This document shows, in pieces, positions 50,601-62,470 of a DNA stretch of 64,000 bases; position 1 is the first letter of the stretch; every line of letters begins with the position of its first letter. The DNA is from Geosiphon pyriformis uo1 (lineage: Eukaryota; Fungi; Glomeromycota). The notes beneath the pieces were generated by a model that saw nothing but the letters and a program-made list of their open reading frames with translations, was not told where the DNA came from and did not search any database. A program made the position numbers and the translations under genes. The stretch spans positions 744,001 through 808,000 of the forward strand of contig JAAOMT010000480.1 of NCBI GenBank assembly GCA_016748015.1, written 5' to 3'.

Positions 50601-52110
50601 TCTGAGCCCATAACTTGTCACCAAAGACAGCAAAACAAGAGATTGGTACATTTTTTTTAGCATACAACTTGGCCAACTGGAGGCAAATTGTATCAGAAGC
50701 AAGCTTTTTTTTAAATATTTTTGGAGATACAGAGACAGATGTATTTGGTGCATCACACTCTAAAGCCAAATGGCCAAATTTTTTATACTTTTTACATCAA
50801 ACTAAATTTATTCTAGCCCAAAAAAGCTTTGTATTACCAAAAATTGGCTCCATGTAAAATACAGATTCAAGTTCTCTTTCTAATTTAAAATCAACAATGG
50901 CATAACAAATCCAATTGTCAGTTTTTAATAAATAATTAATTATACAGGTTTTCCTACCAGCCTTTTTTAAAAGAGTGCCAAGATTATAAACTGTTGTTCT
51001 TAAAAACAGCATAAACAAAAATACTTTGAACTGATTCTTAGATGTCCAAGTATTACAATCCTTTATAGTCATAGCCATATGTACTGAATTTTTTTTGATT
51101 AAGAATGACTATTTAGATCAAACTGTTTAGTTTAATCCAATTTAGCAAATTCTATTACAATTTTTTGTTATATTTCAACTAGTTGGATTTTGATCAACAC
51201 AATCTGACCAAACTTGGCAACAGCAGCAATAATCATTTCTTTAGATATATTCATAAAAATTTCCTTAATGATTACAGTTCAATTTAATTTAATTTCTTGT
51301 CTTTTGAGATTGTCATTTATCTTAATACTCTTATTTTTAGCCAATAATATGGCTTTATTTATACTCTCTTTTAAAGTAAATATTGATCAGATAATTTTTT
51401 TAAATTTTGAAAAGATAATGATTCTTTCAAAACCATTGACCAATAAAAAAATTTTTCTGATGAACTGAGTCTTTGCTATTACTGATTTTTTTTTTACAGC
51501 CAAGAGATTAATGTCTAAAACAAGGAATTTTTTAATAGACATCTCAACTTAAGTTTTTATTATCTTAAAATTAACCCATTTTTTGTCAAAAAAGATATTG
51601 AGAGAAAAGGAAAAAAGATTTATATTTTTATCTATACCAAAGTCAATAATACTAACAAGAAGACTCTTAATCAAACCAAGAATAATTTTCTTAGTTTTGA
51701 AAGTTATTATAGCTAAACTGAAAAAAAAACCACTATCTGAGTCTATTACAAAACCACCAATCTTACTGTCATTGAATTTACTATCTATATTCAAATACAT
51801 GTCTTCACTAATACTAAGTTTAACCAAAGAAATTTTTTTTTCATTACCAAAATGTTTTATATTGCCAACAGAATCTTTTTTCTTTTGAGAAAAAATACCA
51901 CTTATAGAACCATGAAAAGCATACTTGAAAGTTTTTTTTTTAGACATACTGCTATTCAAAACAGCTTTCAAATCTACCACAAAAGGATTATTAACTAAAA
52001 AAATAATGAAAAAATATAACTAGAAAGATAAAAACAAAAAACTTCTTTTTCGAAAAATAACTCTTTAAAAAATTTGGACATAAGAGAGAAATAAGTTTTT
52101 TCTTTTTTTA
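44653..52110 (-). mobile_element. LINE-f: nearly full-length, heavily decayed LINE of the LINE-c subfamily; 3'UTR absent; interrupted by solo LTR
   Basis: ORF1 51980-50098 (NSSMSKKK as in LINE-c); junction TAATAAGT ~50093-50100; TFVDN ~46963-46977; RNase H VYTNGS..ELKTI..SNSQAG. Confidence 0.87.
47689..48517 (-). mobile_element. Solo LTR (B-like R/U5, different U3)
   Basis: Reverse complement of LTR-B 3' end at 47689; TSD TCAT/TTAT; LINE-f rejoins as LNEL*KHC. Confidence 0.88.
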
Positions 52111-52322
52111 ATCTTGGTTAAATTATAAATTATTGTTTTAACTCTTAAATATAATTTAATATCTGTTAAATTTATGATTTATTTAAATAATTAAACAGTT
52201 TTAAATATTTATTAGGCTAAATTACAGTTGGTTTTATCTGATTTTACAATAATTGTTAAGTAAAATATTATTTTATTAATAATATAATAAAAAATAAGAA
52301 TATTTTATTAAGATAGTCAAAG
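52111..52322 (+). mobile_element. Fossil LINE R2, RNase H fragment upstream of LINE-g
   Basis: AKLQLVLSDF.NNC*VKYYFINNIIKNKNILLR*SK matches ELVCLDFRNRCWIERHHIVNIIHHKNLRVNWYK. Confidence 0.7.
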
Positions 52323-52466
52323 GAACATATTAGAAAATTTTTTTCTCTCGTCGATCCCCTGGCTGCTGTGAGAGTGAATAAAAATTTTTAGGAGAAATCG
52401 CTTTACTTTATTTCTTTACCCATCATTCATCAAGTCATTTCTTCTACTATACTTCTATTTGTTGCA

Positions 52467-54409
52467 ATGGAATCAGTAGGCTCTTCTGCTGGTGGTTTTG
52501 GCTCGGTTTCGGCTGGTTTGAGGACCCACCAAAGTGCGAAGAAGAAGCGCGTAGATACAGTCTACTCTCGGAGTGCATCCTACAAGAAACCAAAGAAGCC
52601 TGCTGCTGGTAGTGTGGTTGGCTTGTCTGCTGGATTGCTGAGCCTAGAGAATATTGGTGTTGCTAGTGCCAAGCCTGTGGAGTCCTGGGGCAGTGAGGTT
52701 GACAGTATTGCTAGTAGTGTCAGTGGTCTCTCAGATGTTGAAAATATGGCAAACACGATGGCCGAAGAAACCAGCTATGCGGAATCAGGTGAGGACAATG
52801 GCATGGACAAAAATACACCAAGGAAGACTCATACTTAAACATACGTGCTGGGCAACCCACCAAAGCGACTTTTGTTTGACCGTATGAGTGATAACGATGA
52901 TGTGCTAGAGCTTTCTTCCCTAAATTTGATGGTGCCAATTAGGTGCTGCATATCAGATCATGTGTCCTGGAAAAAAAGAATTTTGAGCCAGTAAAATCTT
53001 TTGCATTAGATATTAAGGTTTCGGCAGTGCCTGGGAAGATGAATGTTGATAAGTTAATGGTAGTTAAAAAAATCTTTTATCGAATTGATGAATTTGGGGA
53101 AGCTTCAACTCTCTCAAAATTTCCAGAAATAATAAGATCATCATTTACATCTGAAAAAAGTTTGATTAAGGCAAGGGAAATGACGATTGGTGAGAAGATT
53201 TTGGTAAATAATGATCTAAAAAAAATAAACAGCTGTTCAGATTGGGAAGTGATTGTTAAGGAAATTCCAGTGGATCTTCTCAGATTGGTAGTGGAATCAG
53301 TATTTTCTAAATTTGGTGAGATTGTGTCTATCAAGATACAGCTGATTGGTTTTTGGCAAAAGGCCTTAGTTGAATTCAAATCGTTTGAAGTAGCTAGTCT
53401 GGTTGTATCCAAATGGTCAGTCCTCATGGGAAAAGATTCGGTGTGTGTGGCTTTGGCAGTCAGTAATAAACAAATGTGGGTATCAAGGGATTGGCATCGG
53501 GCTTTGCTTTATACTCTTCTAGTTGGCACTACTGCTCATGATCTTTCCAGTTTGTTGGAATCATATGATGGGAAGACTTGTTTCATTGGCCGTAATCCTA
53601 ATTCATATGTTCATGATAGATGTGCTGTAATTTGTTTTGGTGATAAGGCATTCAAGTTGGCTGCTATTAGTACCATTCCAGTTTTCAAGAATGTGAGTTT
53701 GCGTTGGGCTGGTCTTTCTTTGGCCAGTTGCACTCATTGTAAACAATTCAGTCATGTTATGGTCAACTGTTCCTTGGGTGAGTATTCTGGTGTTTGTGGG
53801 AAGAAAGTGGTTTTTGAGCAAGATTGAATTTGTCTAGCTGGAATATATAAGAAGAAGTCAGCTTCTATTGCTCGTCCAGTCTCATTTGGTGGTAAAACAT
53901 GGGCCCAAGTTGCTGGTGGCTCTCCTTTTCGTGTGATTCCCTCTGGTTTGGTTGGTGCTGGTTTGCATTCTGGTTTGGTTTCTTCTTTAATGATGACTGA
54001 CTCTCTTACCGTTTCTCATTTGAATGACTGGCTGGCAATTTTGGAGTGCTTTTTAGAGCTTTTGACTGACCACGTTTCTGGCATTTTGGTTCGACTGGAA
54101 TCCATTGATTTGGTTCCTGCGGTGACCCCATCTTTGAGCCTTCTTCCTGCTGTTTCTGAGACTTTAACTTCTAATGTGGATTCTAATATAATTATGGATA
54201 CTGCTTTGGTCTTATCTAGTACTCCTCCATCCATTGTTTATAATGCTGTTGTTGAGCTCAGCTCTAGTAGTTCCAAAGTCTTCACTGCCAAAGTGGGTGG
54301 TTTGGAGACAAAATTGATTGCTTTGGAGGCCTCAGTTGGTTCAGTTTTGGATAAGTTAAATATTCTGTGCTCTGGTTCGGGTTTGTCAGTTCTCCCGTCT
54401 TCTCAATGA
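52467..54409 (+). pseudogene. LINE-g ORF1
   Basis: MESVGSSAGG (LINE-b MELAGLSAGS); RRM-like region; CTHCKQFSHVMVNC. Confidence 0.9.
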
Positions 54410-57400
54410 CTCACTTAATTTGGAAAATTGCTGTGTGTAATGTCAGAGGTATGAACAATTGTGTGAAGCAGACAGACATTATATGTTGGCATAAGGATAT
54501 AAGCAATCTGGTCTTCATTGTTACTGAGACAAAGTTGAGAGGCATGGTTCGTCCGTGGATCACTGATAAGTTTGATGGTGTTTGTGTTTTTACTTCTGGT
54601 CTGAATTCTGGTCACATGGGTTCTGGTATTGCAATAATTATGGACTCTTCTTTAGCGAAGCATGTGTGCAAGATTTCAGAGATACCTGGTTGGCTGTTGT
54701 CTTTAAGGCTGCTCTTTGGAAATAAACTTTCTGTGTCTATTCTGGGGCTGTATGCTGGTGCGTCTTTAGTGGTTCAGTTTTCTCAAGTTAGTGATATCAA
54801 TTCTCTTGTTGCCAAAGCTGTAAATGAAACTTCTTTTGTTATTCTTGGTGGCGATTTCAACAAAGATGAGTCTCATAAATGTGCCAGTTTCAGGAAGTGT
54901 TTTGATTTGGGTCTGGTCAACTCTCTAAGTGGAAGTGCTTTTGTGAAGTCACCAACATGGTGCAATTCTCATGGTGTTGCCAAGACGATTGATTATGTGT
55001 TGGTTTCCTCTAGTTTAATTAATGCAATTGTGAATCGTAGTGTGATGGGTGTTGAGGATTTTTTTAATACTGATCATAAGGCTGTTTCTATTTCTGTGGA
55101 TTTGGGTGGCTTGCTTGACCCTCAGCTGAATTTGATGTACAAGCAGGCTAATAAAAATTGTTAGAAATTTGATTTTGGAGATGCTGGCGAGAAAGAGTAG
55201 AACAATTTTAAGGATGCTACATTGGCCAATGGCCTAATGTACTTGAGTAATTTCGCTGCCTCTGTGGAATTTTCAGATTTGGATGCTATGTGGGACATTG
55301 TGCACAAAATAATGACTCTCTCAACAATTGGGACATTCAAGAAGAAATGGTTTAAGGATTATAATAAGGTTTTTACCAAGGGTTCTTCTAGGTTTCACAA
55401 GCTTGAGCTACTGGTGTCCAAGCTGGTTAAGGCATTTTGTTTGTTGTCTAGTGTGGAATTTGCTTTGTTGTTGAATATGTGGAAGAGGCTCAACATCAAT
55501 GATGCTTCAGTGGTGAAGTTTTTGTTTCTTTCAGGTTCCAATTTTAACATGATTCACTCGGCTCTGGCCAAGGCAAAGAAGTCTTACCACTCTACTAAGT
55601 TGCTGGAATCCAGATGTGCTGAGGAATTCTGTATCAGAGCAGCTATCAATAAGAGGATGGAAAGTTTTGAATCAGATAAGGGTCATACCATCAGGAGTGT
55701 TTTGGGGTGTTCCTTTCACAAAGTGGTTCTGAATCATCTGGTTGTGGGTGATGAGTTGATTTTGGAGCCCAGCTTAGTCAAGGCTAGAATGGATGGAATC
55801 ATGGAAGGCTGGACCAGGAAGTGCAAGGTGGTGCCTGATATCTCTAATAATTGGTCTCGCCAATACAAGTCTTTGAAGTATGTTTTCGATGGTGCATTTT
55901 CTAGTGTAATGTGTCCCGTTGGTTTCAATGAGTTGTTCAGTGTGATTTCCGGTCTGCCTGAAGGCAAGACTGCTGGTCTCTCTGAGATTTCAAATAAGCT
56001 CTGGAAACACTGTAACAAGTCAATTTTGGATATGCTTTTGGTGCTTTTAAATTCTTGCTTGAGTCATGAGTCAGTGCCTAGTGCTTGAAAGGAAGCTTGG
56101 GTCTCAATGATTCCTAAGCCATATGAGTGGAAAGGGGTTTTTACAAACACCTGACCTATTGTCTTGATTGAGACTGCCTGCAAAATTCTTTCCAAGATTC
56201 TTTCAGATAGGATCTCGTTGGCTTGTAGTACTTTTAATGTTCTGCGTGGGAACAATTTTTCAGTTTTAAAGGGCACGATGACTCAGTCTCCTATTTTTGC
56301 CATTGGTTCAGTTATTGAAGATGCTTTGGAGAAGAATCATGAGCTCTGGTTGGTCTTGCAGAACATGCGGAAAGCTTATAATTCTGTTGGGTGAGAACAT
56401 CTTCAGAACAGTTTGGTTAGGATAAAAATGTGCAGCAGGTTCATTAGGTTTTTTGGCAGCATCTATAGTAGTCGCATTAACAGAGTTATGATGGATTTTG
56501 GTTTGACGGATGGATATAAGGTGCATGATGGCTTGGACCAAGGGGAGGTGTTCTTATCACTCTTTTGGTGCATATTTTATGATTCCCTTTTGTGTGAAGT
56601 TAAGAGGCAGGCAGATGAGTGTGGTTACAGAGTGAATTCTCATTTTATTTCCAGATGTGGTCGTACTGAGTCTCGAGCTGGTGTATCTTCATTTTTCGCA
56701 GTGGGTGCCTTTGTTAATGATACTATATAGATTGGTAGCAGTTGAAGTGCTACACAGCACATTCTTAACATTGCTAGTGAATTTTTCGATATCAATAACA
56801 TCTTGATTAATAATGATAAGACTGTTGCCATCCTCATCAATTGTGATGGTATGGCTTTCTCTTTGTTGATCAGCAAGTCACCTATTTCTGTTGCCAAGAA
56901 GGGGGAATTGCATCACTATTTAGGGATCTATTTGTCAACTGAGGGTCTTTCAAAGCCTAGCTTGGCTAAGGCACATTCTGATGTCCGGTTCTTTTCTAAT
57001 TTGGTCCTAAAAAAGGCAGTGTCTGATAAGCAGTTTTCATATTTGGTTGCGGCAGTCCTCTTTCTTATTGTTGGATATAGAACACAATTCAGTTACATTC
57101 CTATTAGTGTTTGTAGGAAGTAGAACACTTTGATTTGTAAGGACTTGAGATCTAAGTCTGGTTTGCCACATGATTTCTCCAATGATGTGATTCATCATCT
57201 CTCTCTGTATGGTTTGAAGACTTTTGAGCAGGTTCAGGCTGAGAGTAAATTGGCTTTGGTCGTTTTTTTCACGAACTCTGTTGAAATTTTGAGGTGTCTA
57301 TTTTCTCACCAGTTGTATGATCTGCAGGTTCTCTGCTGGCATCCACTAGATCCTCTGCAGTATCCAGTTCATGTCAAGGTCAATCCTCTAAATAATTTTC

Positions 57401-59094
57401 TGGCAGATGTGGTGCATATTTTCTCTGGGTGTGATTTGTCATTGGGTGGCTCTCTGGTTAGCACTTTTTGTTGGCGGGGTGGAACCCCTATGTTTTTTGT
57501 TCTTGGTGAATCATATTATGTCAAGAATGTCTCTTTGCTTCGGCATTATGGAATTGCTTTTGTGGATTAGCTGTGGGGCTAAAATGGGGCTGTTTTCGAA
57601 TGGAGGACCTTCAAACAGTGGAAGTGGTTGGACCCACGTGGTCTGGTTCCTGCTTGGTTTGAGCTGTCCATTTGTTTTCTTGAAGGTGTGTCTTCTCTTC
57701 TTGTCTGTTCCATGCTTTTGGCTGGTTGCGACTCTTCGGATATTCTTCAGTCTCGTGAGTTTGGTGTCATTGGTGCCAGTTTGTTCAATTTCAATGTTGG
57801 TCATATTTCCACTTATACAGATAGATCTCTGAGTGATTTAGGGACTGTCGATATGAAAGCTGGAGCTGCTGTTTTCTTTGAGGACATTGATATGGATTTG
57901 GGTGTAGAGGTATCTGGTTTGATGTCTTCTATCTTGATGGAACTGATGGCTATTGCTCTGGCACTTAAGTGCATCCCTTCTTCTCACTCAGTCAACTTGT
58001 TCTCGGACAGTCAGACTGCTTTGAATGCTTGCAAGTTGAAGATGGAATTGGTTTGCCTGGATTTTAGGAATCGGTGTTGGATTGAACGCCATCATATTGT
58101 GAATATCATTCATCATAAGAATTTAAGAGTTAATTGGTATAAGGTCAAAAAACACTCAGAGGTTTCAGGCAATGAACAGGCTGATAAGTTGGCTAGAACT
58201 GCAGCTCTCTCTGGTTGGCATCTGCCCCATTCTGTTAACAAACACTATCTAAGGGGTGGTGGTGCAGCCATTTCTAGTAATTCTAAGCATTTTGTTCAGG
58301 ATGTTTTTCAGTTTGTTCATTGTGCACATTGGGAAGTCAGTTGTGGCATTGGGGTGGTGGCAGATAATCTGCGTACAGATATTGATTGGTTTAGGTTGTC
58401 ACTAGTTTGGCATCCAGATTTTCACATGGCTACTGGCTTCACTAGCAAGTGGACTGCTGGTCTCCGAACTTACTTTATAAAAGCATTGCACCATCGGCTC
58501 CCGGTCACTATGCGTAAGCAGCTTTATGATAAGTGCTACCCTAGTGTAGTGTATTTGTTTTGTGGTGATGTCGAGGTCTCAGACCATGCTTTTTCTTGTT
58601 TATTTGATGCCAATGGTTGTGCTCGGTTGTTGGACACTCATGTGGTAGTTTGGGGTGTGTGCTCCAGTCTGGCTCATTTTTCTTCAGGTGTCTTGCAGCT
58701 GCTGTTCACTTGTGTGTCTAACATTTTGGTTAGTACTGCTCTGTACAAAGGTTTTGTTTTCAAGAATTGGTTTCATGAGTCTGTTTCTGTCTTTAAGAAC
58801 TCCAGGATAGCAAGTTAGAACATTGTGGCCTTTGTGCGTAAGTTTAGCTTGGCTTTCTGGGAAGACATTTGGTTGGTTCATGCCAAGCACCGTGCATTTA
58901 TGGAAAAAAATGGGCTTATTCTGTGCGATAGATCTGTTTCTGTCTTGATTTCTGGGCTTTTTTTAGGGCTATCATCTAGCATGACCCAGTTGCTGGGTGT
59001 TGCTAAGGCGATTGGTGTTGGTTTCGGGTTTTGTAAGTCTTGTTTGTTTTTTTCAGACATAGAGGATGAGGTCTCTGTTCATATAGGTGCTTAG
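54406..59094 (+). pseudogene. LINE-g ORF2 (APE-RT-RNase H-CCHC) with in-frame stops
   Basis: ATGA overlap 54406-54409; GGDFN, TIDY, TDH; AFVND; TYTD..ELMAI..SDSQ..HSEVSGNEQAD; YLFCG..SDHAFSC. Confidence 0.93.
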
Positions 59095-59228
59095 TGTTGT
59101 CCTAATTGGTCTGAGTGGCTGGTCACGTGTAGATAATGCATGATTCACATCTAGTTTAGATTATTTGTATAATGTATTGCACTAGACAGTATTTGGATTT
59201 TGCTCGTTAAATGTTAATAAAAAAAAAA

Positions 59229-60290
59229 ATAGTCAAAGATAAAAAAAATTTTTAATATTTTAAAAAATAAATTTATTAATAAATTAATAAGTTAAACTAT
59301 TTTTTTGAAGTTAAAATTATTAATCAATATCAAAAAAAATTTTAATAATAAATAGCAAAGTTGTTTTTAATAATATTTATTATTTTATTAAGTTAATAAA
59401 TAATATAATTTAATATATTTTATAAAAAATTGGTTCTAATTTTAATATTATAAATTATTTATATATTAAAAACATTAAATAGTATCTTATTATTTTAGTT
59501 AAGTATTTTAATTTTTATATAATTATTAAATATATTAGTATAATTATAATTGATTTATACATAAAAAATTGTTTATTACAATTTAAAAAAAAATTATATA
59601 ACAAATATTATTTAAGTATTTTGTGTATATATTATAATAAAATAGAATTTTTAAATTATAATTTTGTTTACAATTTAAACTTTGTTGTTTATTAGAATTT
59701 GTTAACTAAATACTTTGTGCTTTAAAAATTTTTAACTAATGCAAATTTGTTATTATTTACTGTATTTTAATTATTGTTTTTAAGTACTATTGATATTAAT
59801 TTGTATTTGGTTTTAAGTAAAGAATTTGTGTTTAAAAATTAATTAACAAAAATTAAAACAATTCATAAAAACACTAAGCTAATTATTTTTAAGTTAATTA
59901 ATTTTGTACATAATTTAATAACTAACCACAAAAATAGAATTTGGCTACTTAATTAAAAGTTTTAAATGAAAATAAAGAAAAATAGTTCATTAATTAGTAA
60001 TAAGTTAGTTTAGACTATTATTTAAAAGCTATTAATTGGTTTATTAAAGAGAATTAAATAATTATAAAGAATTAAGTTGTTAGTTTTAGTTTTAGAATTG
60101 GTTGTTTGTTTTTTACTAATACAAATAATAATGTTTTTGTTAATATAGTTATGTAGTATTATTTTAATTAGCCAAGTGGCTGGTCACATATAAAAAGTAC
60201 ATAAATTATGTTTAATTTAAAATTTCAAGTAGTTGTATTATATTAGATAATGATTGAACTTTACTCGTAAAATAAATGAATAAATAAAAA
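59229..60290 (+). mobile_element. Fossil LINE R2, continuation (RNase H end, ORF2 C-terminus, 3'UTR)
   Basis: *SKIKK..NILKNKFINKL follows the TSD; KEFVFKN*..INFVHNL..IWL..CLFF; 3'UTR GTGGCTGGTCAC ~60175-60187. Confidence 0.75.
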
Positions 60291-60758
60291 TTATAAAATT
60301 AATTAAAATTTAAGATTTAATAAAAAATTATTTATTATACAAAATTTATGTAATATTAATATAAATTAACATAATGGTTTAATAATAATTAAATAATAAA
60401 CATGTAAAATAAATAATTTTGAATAATCAAAAATAAATAATAGATTAAAATAAAAATTATTAATTTTTGTTTGTTTTATTTAATTTTTATTAATCTATAT
60501 TATGCTTGCTTAATTTATTTCATCAATAATTAATGTTTCATATAAAAACAATAAAATTATAAAATGAGTTAAACATATTTTAATTAATAACATATAGTTA
60601 AAAATATCTTAAATTTTTTTGTTTTTTGCTTATTTTAATGTTTTTATTAATTACAAACAGCTTTTTTTGTATGCAGCAAATAAAAACTGTTGAAAAGATA
60701 TATTTTTACTGATGGGCATTATTAAGCAAATCTTTTCATCGATATCTTGTTATCTTTT

Positions 60759-61913
60759 ATGTCAGGAAAAAGACTTGCGGAATCTCTGCGGTTTCCAGAG
60801 TTCTATTGCTGCTACCTGCTTCGTTCTATTAAAAGCAACGATCTCTATATTGGTATCTAATAGTGTACTTGGCTTACAATATGTTAGGCGTTTACTTAGC
60901 GTTTCATCAATTGAAAAGGTAGTACACCAAACCCAGTTCGCCGCCTTCGACAACACAACGGCGAGTTAAACCTTGGTGCAGCCAAAACTAAAACGAAGCG
61001 GCCATGGGAATATCTATTATTTGTCTACGGGTTTCCTTCTGCTACAGCTGCGAGGCATTTCGAATATGCTTGGCAATTTCATAATACTTCACGTCACTTT
61101 CGGTTGGCCTACAATTCTAGACGACAAATTGTTCCAAAACTTCATCATTCTTCTTTAGACACCAAACTTACGGTCCTTTCGGATTTGTTACGGTCAAATT
61201 ATTTTAGAAGTTGGCCTTTAAAGTTACGAATTATAAACAGTAACAACGTGACATCTTTAGACCCCACAAAACTCCCCAATCACATGACTATATCTTATGG
61301 TCCACCTAGGCGAATGCCCTTTTCTTTCGCAGATCAAGGTTTTGCACTTGGTATAAGATTGAAATTCCATCTTATTTTGATTCCTTTTAAACGCTAATCA
61401 AATTAGAACATTAATTTTAACAGATAATCTGCGACATAAGCTAAGACGCTTATTCAAATCTCTTCAAGAATATAAGCCTTTGTGTTGTGTTTGTCAGAAA
61501 GATATAAATTTCAAGGTAATTTAAAAATTCCCTGTTAAATCAATAGGCTATATATTTATATATTCTTAACAAATTTATTTAATACAATGTATTGCCACCT
61601 CAAGAATCCAGACGACTACGTAACTTGTCCGGATAGAAAGTGCCAAACAGCCGCACATACTCCTTGTTTGGCCAAAGAATTTCTCAGAAATAATCCATCA
61701 AATTGTTTGCCCGTTTCTGGAACTTGCCCAAAATGCAAACAGTCGTTGCTTTGGGGTGATTTGATATATAAAAGGATGGAAATGAAGTCAATGCTATACG
61801 TGCCATACACAGAAAGACCCAAGCACAAGATTAGGAAAAAAACAAAGAGATTTTACACTATGTATCCATTTCTGAGGGCATTGTCATTGAAGCCGAAGAT
61901 TTACAAAAAATGA
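60759..61913 (+). CDS. SLX1: Structure-specific endonuclease catalytic subunit Slx1 (GIY-YIG plus C-terminal zinc-binding domain). Exons 60759-60852, 60919-61350, 61424-61515, 61605-61913; ~308 aa
   Basis: Spliced reading FYCCYLLRS..LYIG|STPNPVRRLRQHNGEL..GAAKT..RPWE..VYGFPS..HFEYAWQ; CCVC..CPDRKC..HTPCLA..GTCPKC..WGDLI. GT-AG introns keep frame (927 nt). Exon 2 donor could alternatively be 61339. Confidence 0.9.
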
Positions 61914-62419
61914 CATTCTTTGTTTTGTTCCCAATTCGATCAAAACAAATCAGCCCTCATAAATCGGCACAAATATTTGTATATTTATGCTTTTCACATA
62001 TAACTTTCCTTTTTGAGAACTTAGCTTAGTCTTATCACTATTGCCAGGAATAATATGGTATTCAGCAACAAAGTAAACACGTGATATCACAAAGATTTAA
62101 AAGATTCATTTTGAGCCTTCGTTTTAATCATCTGATTAGTGTACTTAAATTTAAAATAGTGCAAAAACATTATAATTATAATTATAATTTTAATAATTAA
62201 TATATTTAAATTATTAGTGTTTATAAAAAAGAATTGAATATTTTTAATAAGTAATTATTTATTAAATTTCAAAATTTATTATTAACTTAACATAATACAA
62301 TTTTATTAATTAATTATATTTAATTTTAAATAAATTTTTTATTTATTTAATTAACAAATACAGTTTAATTATTACTTATTATAATACTGTTATAAAAGAT
62401 TTCAAAATAAACATAATTT

Positions 62420-62470
62420 ATGTTTTTTTTATATGTAACCAGCTATTTAAACCAATTAAGACTATATTAT
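62420..62470 (-). mobile_element. Fossil LINE 3'UTR remnant; adjoining AT-rich DNA is probably more relic
   Basis: ATATGTAACCAGCTATTTAAACCAATTAAGACTATA resembles the LINE-d/e 3'UTR. Confidence 0.5.

Larger units (their letters stand above)
52323..59228 (+). mobile_element. LINE-g: full-length LINE, LINE-b subfamily
   Basis: ORF1, ORF2, 3'UTR, poly-A; TSD ATAGTCAAAG at 52313-52322 and 59229-59238. Confidence 0.94.

Noticed and set aside
60712-61158. Track ORFs 60712-60969, 60762-60956 and 60973-61158
   Set aside because: Wrong frames over SLX1 exons 1-2
60759-61350. GIY-YIG as a Penelope-like or homing endonuclease
   Set aside because: Slx1-specific motifs, C-terminal zinc domain, three introns, no linked RT and no decay
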